Positions 39,721-56,206 of a stretch of DNA of 64,000 bases are shown piece after piece. The notes beneath the pieces are model-generated. The model had not been told where the DNA came from. It was given only the letters and a program-made list of their open reading frames with translations, and did not search any database. The stretch spans positions 31,000,001 to 31,064,000 of the forward strand of contig OZ024741.1 of assembly GCA_964016885.1 (NCBI GenBank), written 5' to 3'. Source of the stretch: Eledone cirrhosa (lineage: Eukaryota). Within the stretch, counting starts at the first letter, position 1. Each line of letters opens with the position of its first letter. Both the position numbers and the translations under genes were made by a program.

Positions 39721-41917
39721 ATATTGTTATACTTGGGGAGGGTCATATTTGTGTAATATTGCCAGAATTAATAACAGAACACACTCACTGTTTAGTTGGT
39801 TTTGCTTTTCGCTTCTGTGTCTTTTATATCCAACTGCATAATAGGCAGCATGGATGTGGTATCACTGTACCCATCCATTAACATTGATATTGCTGTGGAA
39901 AAATGTGTGGAGATGATCATTGAGAGTGAGGTGGAGTTCTGCGACGTCGACACAGACGAACTGGGACTCCTAAAAAGACTCCCATGGGAAGGTGGTTTGG
40001 GTGGACCAAAGCTATACGGACCCCCCAAAACAAGAATAATGGTCGCACATGCAATAGGGGCTAGTATCAAAACTACCCTAAAGGGCCACATATTCAAGTT
40101 CAATGAGAAGATCTACACCCAAAATGAGGGAGCAGCCATTGGCGTCAGCATAGCTGGTGACGTTGCCAACCTTGCTATGGTATGGTGGGAAAGGAGACTT
40201 AAAGATCTCCTTAATGAGAGGTCCATATACCTCAACATGTACTCTCGCTACGTAGACGACATCAATATTGTAATAAGGACATCCCCACAAGAGAGTACTA
40301 ACAAGTTTGATTTAGAACGTAGCACAATGGAAAGCATCCAGCAGATAGCTAATTCCATACACAGAGTATAACTGTAACTATCGACTACCCTTCCAAATAC
40401 CCTAACAATAGACTACCTGTATTAGACACGGAACTGTGGATTAACACTATAGACGAGAGAGCCCAAATTCTCCACTCACACTATATTAAACCCATGGCAT
40501 CCAAATACCTGATACTCAAAAACTCAGCATTGTCCGGTAGTGCTAAGTTTAATATTCTGATCGCAGACTTGGTACGAGTGATGAAGAACGTGTCCCGCAT
40601 GTGCGACCTAACAGAAAAGGAAAGACACATCCAACACTTCATCAACCGCATGCAGTTCTCTGGCTACAACCAAAGAGACAGAATCAGAGTATACGAAGGA
40701 GCCACGGAGAAGTCAATCATAGAACTGGACATGAAATGAATTTGCCCATTATACAGGAGCAAATCATGGAATAGCTTAGATAGGGCTAGACATAAGATAG
40801 GGAAAGCCACCTCATCGTACGACAACCAGAGATACCAGAGTGTCATGTTTATGGACGCTACCCCTGGAGGGAAATTAGCTAACCAGTGTAGAAAGGCCCT
40901 GAGAAAGACCCACTTAAAGATTAAGGTGTTAGAAAAGTCAGGAACCACCATAAAATCCCTGATCAGCAAATCCTATGGTTTTAAGAAAACCCACTGTACT
41001 AATAGGAAATATATCATATGTAAGGTAAACCCCCGGATAAACTGTAAAACTAGAAACGTAGTCTATAGCATAAGATGTACAGAGGGTACTTTCAGAACCA
41101 TGACAACAACATACATAGGCAAGACAGCTCGTAGTATAGGTGAAAGGATAGACCAACACTGGGGGGGGGGGGACTAAAAGAACAAAAAAACGGTTCAGTA
41201 CTATACGAACATGCCAGACAACAACACGACAGTAACATAGACAACATAGAAATTAGAATAATATCTAAACATAGAAATGATCCAGCAGATAGGCAAATCA
41301 GAGAGGCCAGTGAAATAGAACTTAGAAGGCCAAGGCTAAACAGAAAAAATGAATGGAATAACAACAAAACCCAAACAAACAACACTGACCTAAGAGAAGT
41401 ATATATAAATAAATGAATAGATAAATAAATAAATAAATACATACACAAGCACAATAACAACAAACACATATAAACACACACTAGTAAAGATAGAAGACAT
41501 TAACCAATACACAGTCACCCAATCACGAACACACATCAAACAAAACACTATACACACACGCAAACGCATGCGCAATGAAGACAAAATTAAAATAAACAAA
41601 TAAATATGTAAACAGACTAAATAAAGATGGCGTAGAAAATACAATGCAACGGGAGGGAAAAATAGCACCACTGACGATGTTGCAGATGAGCAACGAAAGA
41701 AATTTGATAAACTATATATATGTGTTTGTGTCTATATTGTATCTGTATTATTGTTTACCGTCGGTCAGTCAATGGCAACAAGGAGGACCGAATAAATTAG
41801 AATACTGATATAAAAGACACAGAAGCGAAAAGCGAAAACCAACCAAACAGTGAGTGTGTTCTGTCATTAATTCTGACAATATTACACAAATATGACCCTC
41901 CCCAAGTATAACAATAT
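39721..41917 (+). mobile_element. 5'-truncated PLE (RT core, thumb, GIY-YIG, pLTR with HHR-like motif at 41666-41709) with an inverted copy of its last ~110 bp at the 5' end
   Basis: GSMDVVSLYPSI, YTQNEGAAIG..VANLAM, YSRYVDDI, LPVLDTELW..HYIKPMAS, CKTRNVVYSIRC..YIGKTARS..ERIDQH; frameshifted. 39721-39830 is the reverse complement of 41807-41917. Confidence 0.88.
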
Positions 41918-41987
41918 TTGTTTCGACACACGATTTCATATCAAAAATCTCGCAAATCTAATTCATTGCCGTTATATATATATAAAT

Positions 41988-42124
41988 GGTCCAGAATTAG
42001 CCGTCGAAACGGCTTGAGCTCAGCCGTCGGGGTCTTACTTGTTCCTATTAACCACTCCATTACCCTAAGTATTGAGTACTTTGGTGCGTTATTGTCCACC
42101 TGGCTCCTTACCACTTTTCCTTCG

Positions 42125-42127
<3 letters not shown>
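41988..42127 (+). mobile_element. Family H2 short element (single arm)
   Basis: Matches 62490-62625 and 35550-35678. Confidence 0.75.
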
Positions 42128-42179
<52 letters not shown>

Positions 42180-42182
<3 letters not shown>

Positions 42183-42347
42183 ATAATAATAAATTTGAAG
42201 ACTAAAATCCAAAGCGGCCTCGATAAGGATAAATATATATCAAATATATAAGAACCGTAGAGCAAATATTTATTTAAATAACAAGATCCCGTTAAGGGTG
42301 AAAACATCGATTCTTTGCTTAAAATTTAATCTGTTATTTTAATAAAT
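42180..42347. mobile_element. Family H1 short element with internal inversion
   Basis: Matches 18465-18619 and 34895-35113. Confidence 0.75.
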
Positions 42348-42470
42348 ATATATATTTATATTTATTGTTATTTGTTTGAGTGTGTGTATGTATATGTATA
42401 TAACCCTAACCATTCAGATACAGACGCATACACTTATATATCTCTACATCATATATATATATAAATATAA

Positions 42471-42520
<50 letters not shown>

Positions 42521-42525
<5 letters not shown>

Positions 42526-42963
42526 ATGAAAAAATGAACAGGGACAGAACAGAGAGGCAGTACGATAAATGTTTATTAAATTCACGCTCAGGAGAGTGGG
42601 GGGTAGGTGGGGGACGACGTTTCGGGCATAAGCCCTTCTTCAGGTGAGAAGTGTGTGGGAACAGAGTACAAAAGGTGTGTAGGGGAGTGGTGGAGAGACA
42701 TATAGCGAAAGGAAACGGTGCGAATGAAAAATTAACAAATAAAGACAAAAATATAATAAATAATAAATAAAAATAAAGCATGATCAAAATACAAGGAATG
42801 AGAAAATTTAAAAATAAAGGCATGATCAAAATAAACTGAAATTAAAAGGGGAGTAAACAGGTGGTGGAAGGGTGTGGGGTGAGTAGGGGTGGTGGCGGGT
42901 GGAGTGGGGAGAGGGAGATGGGGTGTCCGAGCGGGGAGGGCTGAAGGTGGTGTGTGTGGTTAG

Positions 42964-43004
<41 letters not shown>

Positions 43005-43505
43005 AAAGTGAGGGTTGGGGGAAGAACGGGGTTGCATGTTCAGAAATGGTGTGTGTGGGGGGTGTTTTTGTGGGTCGGAAGGTCTGTGCGTGTGTGGATA
43101 GGGAGTGGGGGAGAGGAATCAGGAGGCTGAGGGTGTAAATATGTGGTGGGAAGCACGTGTGTGTGGTTTACGCGTGTTGTGAGTGTGGGTGGCGTGTGGA
43201 TAAAAACAATTGTTTGGGGTGTGTGTGGGGGTGAGTTATATAGGTGATGGTGTAAGAGGATGGTTGAAAAGTTGGTAAGTTACACGGATGTTTGGAGATT
43301 TTGGTTAGAAGTCAATATCGCGTGTGGGTAATCCAAGAAGCTGTGGTCGGAAGAGGAGAGATGTGGGGTGCGCGCGCAACAGGAAGTGGTCAGCAGTGGG
43401 AGTGCTGTAGTCAGTTGGTGCTGAGACAGTGGTCGGAAGGGCATAGCAGCAGTCGGCGGAATGGTAGGGAGGCGAGGATGGGTAGGTGTGAGAGTTGGAG
43501 TGAGG

Positions 43506-43536
<31 letters not shown>

Positions 43537-46500
43537 ATTAGTAGGGGTGTTAGTGGGATGAGTGAGTGTGGAGCGGGGAGAGAAGGGTGTGTGTGGTTCT
43601 ATGGAAGGAGTGTGGTGTGCTGGTGTGTGTGTAGTTTGGTGAAGAGGTGTTAGTGGGTGTTAGTATACGGGAGGTGGGGAGGGGTGGAATGCAGGTGTGA
43701 GTGGGGGTTAGTGGGGGTAGGGTGTGTAGAGTTGGTGGTGTACGAGGGTGTGTGGGTACGTGTGCGTGGGGTTGGAGGGTGTTAGTGATGTTAGTTGCGT
43801 GTGGGGTGGGTGGTGTAAGTGGGTGCGTGTGTGCGTGTGATAAGGAGGGGGGAGGAGGAGAAGAGGAGAGGGAAGGGATGTTAGTATGGTAGTTGGGGAA
43901 GGGTGGTCAGATGAGGGGTGGAGTGGAGGTGTTAGTATTGTTAGTGTGGGGTGGGCGGTGAGAAGGAGGGGTGTGTTAGTGGTGTTAGTGGGGGATAAGT
44001 GTGGGGGGAGGGAGGCGGTCGAACGCTAAAGGAATAAGGGTGGGGAGTTCAGGCCGGGGGGAGTGTGGGTCTGTAAGATGAAGATAGTGCGTTGTTCGAC
44101 CGTAAGGCGATGGGCGGGTGTTCCGTGGCACTGGTGTAGGCCACAGACTGTGAGATGGCGTGCGGAGTGTCCAGGGCCACCAAAGTGGCGGACGATGGGG
44201 GAACTGCCCCCGAGACGAATATCCCGGAGGTGCTCCGTGACTCGGTCCGCCAGGCGACGTCCCGTCTGTCCGACATAAGTCGCGCTGCACTCCGTGCAAC
44301 GAAGTCCGTAGACTAGGTTGGAGGAGGTGCAGCGGAAGGCATGCCGGACCGAGAGAGGGTGGCCGTTGGGACCCTGGAAGGTGGTGGTGTTGGTGATGTG
44401 GGGACAGGTATTGCAGCGGGGCCTAGAACAGGGGAAGGAACCGGGGGGAAACGGAGCGTGGGTTGGGGGGTAGGGAGCTGTGGACGAGGAGGGTGCGGAG
44501 ATTGCGTGCGCGTTTGAAGGAGGGGAGTGGTGGGTTTGGGAAGATGTGGGAGGTGGAGGGGTCGGACTGGAGGTGTCGGAAGAGGCGGTGGATGGTGCGG
44601 TGGAGGGGTAGGTGGAGGGGTGGTAGGTGATGGGGAAGGGGAGACGGTGGGTGGGTGTGCGGTGGCGTGGGGTGAGGGTGGTGGCGCGGGGGATAGCACG
44701 GGCGCGGGTGAGAGCGGTGTGGACGAGAGAGGGGGGTAGCCTCTGCGGATGAAATGGGTGACTAGGGAAAGGGCCTGGGACTCGAAGTCAGCATCTCGGC
44801 TACAGAGGCGGCGGATCCTGAGAAGTTGGGAGTAGGGAATGGAGAGTTTAGTGTGGGTGGGGTGGGAAGAGGTGAAGTCGAGGTAAGAGTGGGAGTCGGT
44901 GGGTTTGAAGAAGGCGGAGCTGACGAGGGAGTGGTGGGAGGGGTCGAAGGTGACGGAGATGTCCAAGAAGTGGACGTGGGTGGTGGAGATAGAGGTGGTG
45001 AAGTGGAGGGAGGGGTGGAAGGAGCAGAAGAAGGAGAGAAAGGAGTCGAGCTGTACTCGGGTGAGGGTCGTGGCTCCGATACAGTCGTCAATGTAACGAC
45101 CGTAGAGTTCGGGCGTGGGGCCGGTGTACTGGGCAAAGATTTGGGCCTCAACATGGCCAACAAAAAGGTTGGCATAGCTCGGGCCCATTCTTGTGCCCAT
45201 GGCTACACCCGTGACCTGTTGGTAAAACTCACCCGAGAAGGAGAAACAATTTAGGGTGAGGACCAGCTCGGCGAGGCGAAGGAGGGTGGGGGTGGAGGGA
45301 ATGGGGGAGGGGCGAAGGTCGAGGTAGTGTTTGAGGGCGCGAAGGCCGTCGGCGTGGGGGATGACGGTATAGAGGGACTCGATGTCTAGGGTGAAGAGGA
45401 ATGGCTGAGGGCCGGGTAGGTAGGTGAAGGAGTCGAAAAGGCGCAGGGCGTGGTTGGTGTCAGAGATGTGGGAGGGGAGGGTGGTGACAAGGGGCGCGAG
45501 GAGGGAGTCGAGATAGGCGGAGATGAGTTCGGTGGGGCAGTTGCCAGCGGAGACGATGGGGCGGCCGGGGTTTTCGGGTTTGTGGAGTTTGGGGAGGAAG
45601 TAGATGGTGGGGGTGCGGGGGGTGCGGACGATGAGGTGGGAAGCGGTGGGGGGGGGGGAGGCGATAAGGTCTTTGATGGTGGAGGAGACTTGTTGTTGGT
45701 AGAGGGGGGTGGGATCGGAGGGTTGAGGGCGGTAAAAGAGGGGGTTACAGAGCCCGCCTGAGGGCTTCGGCCGTGTAAAGGTCCGCGCGCCATACCACCA
45801 CGGCGCCTCCCTTGTCCGCCGGTTTGATGACGATGTCATCTCGGCTACGGAGGGAGCGGAGAGCGAGGAGTTCGCCCCGTGAGATGTTTTGCCGTTTGGA
45901 ACGGTGGCGGAAGTCGAAACGATTTACTGCGCTACGGCTGGCATCGACGAAGGCGTCCAGGGTGCTAAATTGCCCTGGGGACGACGTACAAGAAGATGGT
46001 CGTCGGCCCAGGGCGAGAAACGGGTCTGGGGCGTCCGGAGCCGGTGGCGTTCGGCTGAAATGTGCCTGTAGCTTAGTGCGTCGCACGAATCGCTCGACTT
46101 CCGTTCGGGTGCGGAACTCGTCGCTGAGCGGAGTGTGGGGTATGAAGCGAAGGCCTCTACTAAGGAGTGAGCGCTCAGGTGCGGAGAGGGGGAGGTCAGG
46201 GGGTATGGTGACAACAATGGGTGGGGTTTGGGGGGTTGGGGAGGGAAGGGAGGGTGTGGTGAGGGGTGAGGTGGAGGGTGCAGATTGGGTGGGGGTCGGG
46301 TCGGGGGAAAGGTGGAGAGTGGTGGGCGTATGGGGATGGGCGGGTGGCGGTGGAGGGGGGGGGGGGGGTGTAGCTTGCGGGCTTTGGTGGAGCTGAGGAA
46401 CCAGAAGAGGTTGTGGTTGAGGTTGTGGATGAAGGAGAGGATAGCTTGGGCGAGGAGGGGGTGGCAGGTGGAGTAAAGGCGGAGGAGGGTGGGGGTCAGT

Positions 46501-48225
46501 TGGTGGTCAAGTAGGCGGAGGGTGGAACGGGAGGCGCGGATGGAGTTGCGCATCAGAAGGCGTGAGGATCGGGTGAGGATACGTTGCGTGGAGGGGGAAG
46601 CAGGGGGACGGGTGGAAGTGAAGACGGAAGCCGAGGGGGATAAGGTGGAGGCGAAGGCAGTGGCTGAGGAAATGGATGTGGCTGGAGTGCCGGGTTTTGG
46701 CGAAGAGAAGGTAGAAGAGTTGAAGGGCGGAGGGGAGATAGCAGGGTGGAAGGATGGGGGTGAGGAAAAGTTTGAGGCGATTGTGGAGTTGGTGGAGAAA
46801 GGATCTCAGGTTGGCCATGATGGGCGTTGGGTGAAAGCAGGGGGAGGGATGAGAGGGCTGGGGTGTGAAGCGGGGTGGAGTGAACGAAGGGGTGAGTGCG
46901 AAGGATAGGCAGAGACGGGGAAGGGAAAAAGAAACAGAAAAACGTAGGGAGGGGGGGAGTAAACACCGGAAAATTAAAGACAAAAAATCATAAAGGTAAT
47001 AACACAGGCGATCGTGAACAAAAAATCATAGAAATACAATTGTAAGAACACAGGCAAAGAATCTTATACGGAAAAAAAGGGGTACGGTAACAAAATCAAA
47101 CAGAGGTAATGCGTGGAAGGAAAGACAAAGTGTGGGAAGGTGTGTAAAGTTCGGAGAAAGGTCACGGCGGATTAGATCGGGGTTGAGCCGGTTGTTAAGT
47201 TAAGTACCAAGGATGGAAGCCGTGTGAGCGTGTGTTATATATAATGAAAAATTGAACAGGGACAGAACAGAGAGGCAGTACGATAAATGTTTATTAAATT
47301 CACGCCCAGGAGAGTGGGGGGTAGGTGGGGGACGACGTTTCGGGCATAAGCCCTTCTTCAGGTGAGAAGTGTGTGGGAACAGAGTTCAAAAGGTGTGTAG
47401 GGGAGTGGTGGAGAGACATATAGCGAAAGGAAACGGTGCGAATGAAAAATTAACAAATAAAGACAAAAATATAATAAATAATAAATAAAAATAAAGCATG
47501 ATCAAACTACAAGGAATGAGAAAATTTAAAAATAAAGGCATGATCAAAATAAACTGAAATTAAAAGGGGGGTAAACAGGTGGTGGAAGGGTGTGGGGTGA
47601 GTAGGGGTGGTGGCGGGTGGAGTGGGGAGAGGGAGACGGGGTGTCCGAGCGGGGAGGACTGAAGGTGGTGTGTGTGGTTAGGTGTGCGTGTGTGTGTGTG
47701 TGTATGTGAAAGTGAGGGTTGGGGGAAGAACGGGGTTGCATGTTCAGGAAGGTGTGTGTGGGGGTGTTTTTGTGGGTCGGAGGGTCTGTGCGTGTGTGGA
47801 TAGGGGGTGGGGGGAGAGGAATCGGGAGGCTGAGGGTGTAAATATGTGGTGGGAAGCACGTGTGTGTGGTTTACGCGTGTTGTGGGTGTGGGTGGCGTGT
47901 GGATAAAAACAATTTTTTGGGGTGTGTGTGTAGGTGAGTTATATAGGTGATGGTGTAAGAGGATGGTTGAAAAGTTGGTAAGTTACACGGATGTTTGGAG
48001 ATTTTGGTTAGAAGTCAATATCGCGTGTGGGTAATCCAAGAAGCGGTGGTCGGAAGAGGAGAGATGTGGGGTGCGCGCGCAACAGGAAGTGGTCAGCAGT
48101 GGGAGTGCTGTGGTCAGTTGGTGCTGAGACAGTGGTCGGAAGGGCATAGCAGCAGTCGGCGGAATGGTAGGGAGGCGAGGATGGGTAGGTGTGAGAGTTG
48201 GAGTGAGGAGGGTTTGTGTGTGTGT

Positions 48226-48268
<43 letters not shown>

Positions 48269-48750
48269 TGTGTGTGTTTGTGTGTGTGTATTAGTAGGGG
48301 TGTTAGTGGGATGAGTGAGTGTAGAGTGGGGAGAGAAGGGTGTGTGTGGTTCTATGGAGGGAGTGTGGTGTGCTGGTGTGTGTGTAGTTTGGTGAAGAGG
48401 TGTTAGTGGGTGTTAGTATACGGGAGGTGGGGAGGGGTGGAATGCAGGTGTGAGTGGGGGTAGGGTGTGTAGAGTTGGTGGTGTACGAGGGTGTGTGGGT
48501 ACGTGTGCGTGGGGTTGGAGGGTGTTAGTGATGTTAGTTGCGTGTGGGGTGGGTGGTGTAAGTGGGTGCGTGTGTGCGTGTGATAAGGAGGGGGAGGAGG
48601 AGAAGAGGGGAGGGAAGGGATGTTAGTATGTTAGTTGGGGAAGGGTGGTCAGATGAGGGGTGGAGTGGAGGTGTTAGTATTGTTAGTGTGGGGTGGGCGG
48701 TGGAAAGGAGGGGTGTGTTAGTGGTGTTAGTGGGGGATAAGTGTGGGGGA
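42521..48750 (-). mobile_element. Near-complete Penelope-like retroelement (Penelope/Poseidon-like) with ~1.5-kb direct pseudo-LTRs (42521-~44008 and 47239-48749)
   Basis: The two long direct repeats are offset ~4.72 kb and flank the ORF. Each has CUGAAGA-AGGGC(UUAU)GCCC-GAAA-CGUCG-UC (42613-42643, 47331-47361). (TA)n on both flanks. Confidence 0.93.
44026..46818 (-). pseudogene. PLE ORF: reverse transcriptase + GIY-YIG endonuclease, broken by ~4 frameshifts
   Basis: IKPADKGGAVVVW, YFLPKLHK..GRPIVS, TLDIESLYT, QVTGVAMGTRMGPSYANLF, RYIDDC, FLDI, FKPTDSHSYL..SSHP, CSRPRCNTC..CTSSNLVYGLRC..YVGQTGRRLADRVTEH..GLN. Confidence 0.92.
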
Positions 48751-48774
48751 ATATATATATATATATATATTTAA

Positions 48775-51017
<2,243 letters not shown>

Positions 51018-53509
51018 CTTATGTTTGTATCTATGAATATACTTATGCACATAGAAATATGTACGCACATACGCACACACACATATATACACACACACAT
51101 ATATGTGTGTGTATGTGTGTGTGTGTGTTAAATATCCGCGTTAATGTTCATTGTATTAAGCTACCATATAAACATACTCCATTTGGTTTGATGTGTATTA
51201 TTTTGACAGGTTATCAATGATTCATGTTTTCTGGTGAAGAATAACGGGGCGGATCCTGTGAAATTGCTGCCACAAACAATATGATGTTATCAAGAGTTCA
51301 TAAAGCCTTCTTTTAAATGTATGATTTATGTGAAATAATGACTGTTGCCACGTATGACTATGATATAACAGTCGGCAGGTTTCAGCTGAGTTATGTCCTC
51401 AAATGTATTATTTTGGCATTGTTAAAATTTAAAAATTTTTTATTTTTTTATTTCCCCGTTATTTTAATATACCTTTTCATTATTGTACTAGAGAGATTTC
51501 GTATTGTTTTGCTGGTACTTTTCCAATTTCTCCAGACATTAAATGGATGCAATAGATAACTCATTTATTCTTACATGCAACTCTGGAAATGGAGTATATT
51601 ATTATTATGTTGCGCTTCATCTGAAGGAAATATAGCTCGAAATAGAATCAGAAAAGGTATAGAAAATTACAGACTACCTCGTGTTTTGTAGAGCTGTTTC
51701 AATCCCTGATAACTAGAATAGAATTTTGTAGCATTCGTGTAGTTATATGTGCATAGAGTGTCCCTTCATGAAGGAACATCATTTTAACACCCTAATAAGA
51801 CCTATGTGTAAAGATATTCAAACCTCTGTCCCTTCTATTTTTAACTTAGTGTATGATATAAGGAACATTATATTGCTGTTTCTCATAAGTCTAGCGACAG
51901 CACAGATGTTCTTCCTTTGGAGGTTTTCCTTAATATAAGATTACAACTAAATGTCAATATTTTGAGGTTTGTTTGTTTCAGGTTCCGCGTTCATTTACCA
52001 TGGCAGACGTTGGAAATAATTGCTTGTGTGAGCAATAGGCTTCAACATATCTTCTTTGTCTCCGTTCCTTTACACGGTGCGTCCAAATGTTGGGGCATTG
52101 TTTATGTCTTTGGTACTTTTCGTCTCTTTGGTGTTTATCAAATCTGTAACAGTCAATAATTTCGTTCCTTTAAACTACTTTCAAAGTTTTTCCAAAATAT
52201 ATAGCATTATCTCTAAGTTAGATATTAAAAACTAATATATTTACAGTATTATTAAATCATTCAGACGGAACATATGTTAATTTCGTTTTCTTTTCCATCT
52301 TGTGTCAGAAAGTAAATTCTTATGAAAAATCTAAAACACCCTGCCGGCCCACATCTAGTTAAATTATTATAAATTAGGATAAGAAAAGTTAACACCTCAC
52401 TTTGATAAGGAGCTACAAGTACACTGATGTTTGTCACCATTTTAAAATATAATCAACATCTGCCTTTTGGCACAGATGAGACCTGACAACACGGTTGAAT
52501 AAAACAACGACAGGTTTGAAGTCGTTTTCATCCAGCGAAGCAAAACAACAACAGGGTGAAAGAAAATTTCTCGAACGAAAACAAAATTACTTTTATTATT
52601 TTCGTTTATTTCATGAGAATAGATTTGCTCTCCACATTATAGTGCAACATAAAAAAGTTGACACGATAAAAGTTGCTTTAATTTTTGTGTATCTGTGTGA
52701 CTGTGAGCGAGTGTGTAATGGAGTACTACATATTTTGCTCGTGGTGTATGTGTGCGTGTATAAGTGTGAGCGCGTGCGTTTGTATGCGCGTGTATGCATT
52801 TGTACCTATTCCGATGTATGTGTGTCTTCATGTCAGTGTATGTGTGTGGGTTGTAGGTGTTTGTATGTGTGTATATAAGTATGTGGTCCTGTTCAGAGGT
52901 GCATGTGCGTTTGTAGGTGCGATACATATATATAAATATAGTATTCAAATGTGTACAGTTTTCACTTTTAAGATGTGACTTTCGATAAAATGACTCAGCC
53001 TGTTGTATTTTATCGTAAATTTTCTTCTTGGTATTTTGCATATTGCACTTCCTGGAGGAGTGGAAGGAATGGTACTAACATTAATGAACTAAAATCCTAG
53101 TGCGGAGGTGTAATAAGCTGCTGAGAAACGAATCTGTGCTTGTTTTATTCGTTGTTTGGCAAATGCACGTGTGCTCAGACTTGAAATTATACATACACAC
53201 ATACACACACACACATACACACAGGCTCCCATGCATACACAGACATGCATACACACACATATATATATATATATATTTGGTGTGGAATGCTTAAAGCGTC
53301 CGTATGTGGTAGGCCGTTTGAGCACTCGATTTCAGAGTCAGTTTCGATCATTGGATCGATCGTCCCTCGAACTGGTCGCCAGAGAAACGATTGTAATATG
53401 TCTAATAAATTTTAATTCGTCGCCCCACTGATTCTCCATTTCTTATGTGATATATATATATATATATATTCTCGCTTTGGTCACTAAAGTTAATAGGATT
53501 TGAAAATAA

Positions 53510-53805
53510 TAGAAAGTTCTCCTCAAAAGAACAAACTCGAGCTAGGTATGTTTATGGAAAACCACCAGTTCCTCATGCATCCCAGTCTCTCTTCTCCACA
53601 CCATCGACGCTTTCCAAGGGCAATGCAAAGGTAAGGACAGCTTGGCACCAATCACGTCGCAACTCATTTCTACAACTGAGTAAACTCTGGTGCAACGGAA
53701 AATCTAGTGTCTTGCTCAAGAACACAACACATCGACCAGGAATCGAACTAAAAATCTCATGATTGTGAATCCAACTCCCGAACTCTCTAACTACTAAGTC
53801 ACACA
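53510..53805 (-). mobile_element. tRNA-derived SINE, second family (S2)
   Basis: Minus strand: TGACTTAGTAGTTAG (A-box-like), AGTTCGATTCCTGG (B-box), then GTGTTCTTGAGCAAGACACT, a typical SINE central-domain motif. Confidence 0.65.
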
Positions 53806-53807
53806 CT

Positions 53808-54103
<296 letters not shown>

Positions 54104-55775
54104 GTGGAAACAGTGAGTCATGTTACTCTGGAGTTCCCCCTGTTTATCACAGTGTCATCAAACAAGAACAGTTATTGTTTGATGACACTGTTATAATCAT
54201 ATGAATCTCCAATGTAACAAGACTCATTATTTTTTAGCCTTTACAAAATGAATATTATATCTCTGCTTCAGTATTGAGTACTCCTTCCTCTCATCCGTCA
54301 ATTACATACAGATATACAGGCACAGACAGCCACACACACACACTCACACACATAATATATATATATAGATCTTAGTGCATGTAACTGTTATAGATATGCA
54401 GTTACTGTATTGCTCGTCGGACAATGTGAGACTGTGTTTCTGTTTCCATTAATTGTTGTGTTAAGGGAATTGATTTGTTTTTCAGTAGGTTATTTTAACA
54501 TAGGTTTAGTTTTTAGCATAGCTTTTATACTATAGTTCTAGGTCAGATTTGAATGTATGGACACCTTATCAAATATTATTCTATACCTGATAAGATACAT
54601 TTAAAATCACCTGAAAGAGACTGTTCCGTATTTTAATGAATGACAGAATGCCTAATACTCACATGCAGTTTTAATATATCACCGCACCGACAACTCGTAA
54701 AACTTGAAATTCTGGAGACTGAATATGTACTTTAAATAAAATAATCTAACACGTTTTTGAAAAAATAAACAAACATTTTTTGAAGTTTTAACGAAAAAAA
54801 TTTTAAATATTTTAAACAAAGTTTGTTAACGTAAACATATTATTTACATTTAAAATTTAAAACAAATTACTATAAAAGTATCGAGAGGCTTCTTAGGAAT
54901 TTCTTTTAAAATAAATAAAAACTAAATATCAATATGTATTATTTATATTTTCAAAAGGAGTATTTAATTCACAAATATTATTAACCTCTAAACCAACGTT
55001 CTTAAAAGGCATTAACATATATGGTTAAAATTAATGCTTAGTAAATATATTATCTCTGAATTTTTTCATCATTTTCAAAATGTAAATGATAATCTTCTCC
55101 AATCTATAAAGAATTATCTACTGTGAAAATGTTAGTGTCATTTTTTTTTTTACATACAAATATAACTATAAATAAATATTTACTTTTGTACAGCGTTTTT
55201 TGCGAATAATGTAATCTGTCGACTGAATAGTCGCATTTATATGTTGGCGGGGTTTTCAGTTTATTCTATTTGACAATTTGGAGTTATGGTGAATAGGAAG
55301 TCTTGTACAACATCATAACATAAACACGAATCTTAACACCCCGAAGAGAAGAAGCCGATATGGTCTACAAGAAAGTAATTTTGTTCAATAACGTTCAAAT
55401 GATTGTGGCAATAAACTACTACATATAAATAAGTTGTGTTATAATATAAGTTGTTTTATTCCAAAGGGATTTATAGATTGAATATACAGAACATGCAATT
55501 TTTATTCTATTTCTTAGCAAAAAAACTAAGACGAGGATAGACAGTTAAATTATTTCCACATTACTACAAGAAACCTCCTGCCAATCAACAAGAAATCCAT
55601 GATCTGACAACGGAAACATGTAACAGATGATAAAAACGTGCCCTTACTAATCATACCATGTTATAGAATTGGGAGATGAAACGAGATGTATCAATGATTT
55701 AATAAAAGATAGGAAAACTAAGAAAATCTGGAGAGACTAAAGAAAGGTTCAAATATTGGGAAGCATATGTGAATG

Positions 55776-56063
55776 CAGGGCAGGATTTAATGGAGGGCAA
55801 CGGGGGTTATTGACTCGGGCCCCCTGTATTTGGGTGCAACTTAATTGTGCCCTCAGCTGGGCTTTTTAGTTTCAGGATGGTTAGAATTTTTGAATTTAAA
55901 ACTTGCATGTATAACATTTCAATTCCAATTACTTGCACCAATCTAACTGATCTAATTGATATGTAAAACTGGTGGGTTTCCTAAGTATTCTATTTTTGTT
56001 GGTGTATGATGAAGCCCCCAAACCTGAAGTGCCCCTGGCTCCCAAGGTCTAAATCGAACCCTG
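55776..56063 (-). mobile_element. Second, diverged copy of the CAGGG-TIR MITE
   Basis: CAGGGCAGGATTTAATGG...CTAAATCGAACCCTG. Internal TTTCAATTCCAATTACTTGC is the reverse complement of 15429-15448. Confidence 0.6.
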
Positions 56064-56119
56064 ATTTTACGCTTATCCTAACCAACAAATACACTGAATA
56101 TTCTCATATATATATCATA

Positions 56120-56203
<84 letters not shown>

Positions 56204-56206
<3 letters not shown>

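Noticed and set aside
39721-41917. DNA transposon with 110-bp TIRs
   Set aside because: The interior encodes RT and GIY-YIG; the inverted repeat is a PLE 5' inversion.
44527-46908. Plus-strand Gly-rich ORFs overlapping the PLE
   Set aside because: Antisense shadows of a GC-rich, strand-biased RT gene.
51225-51650. Weak HHR-like strings at ~51232 and ~51620
   Set aside because: Core and stems are too degenerate to distinguish from chance.
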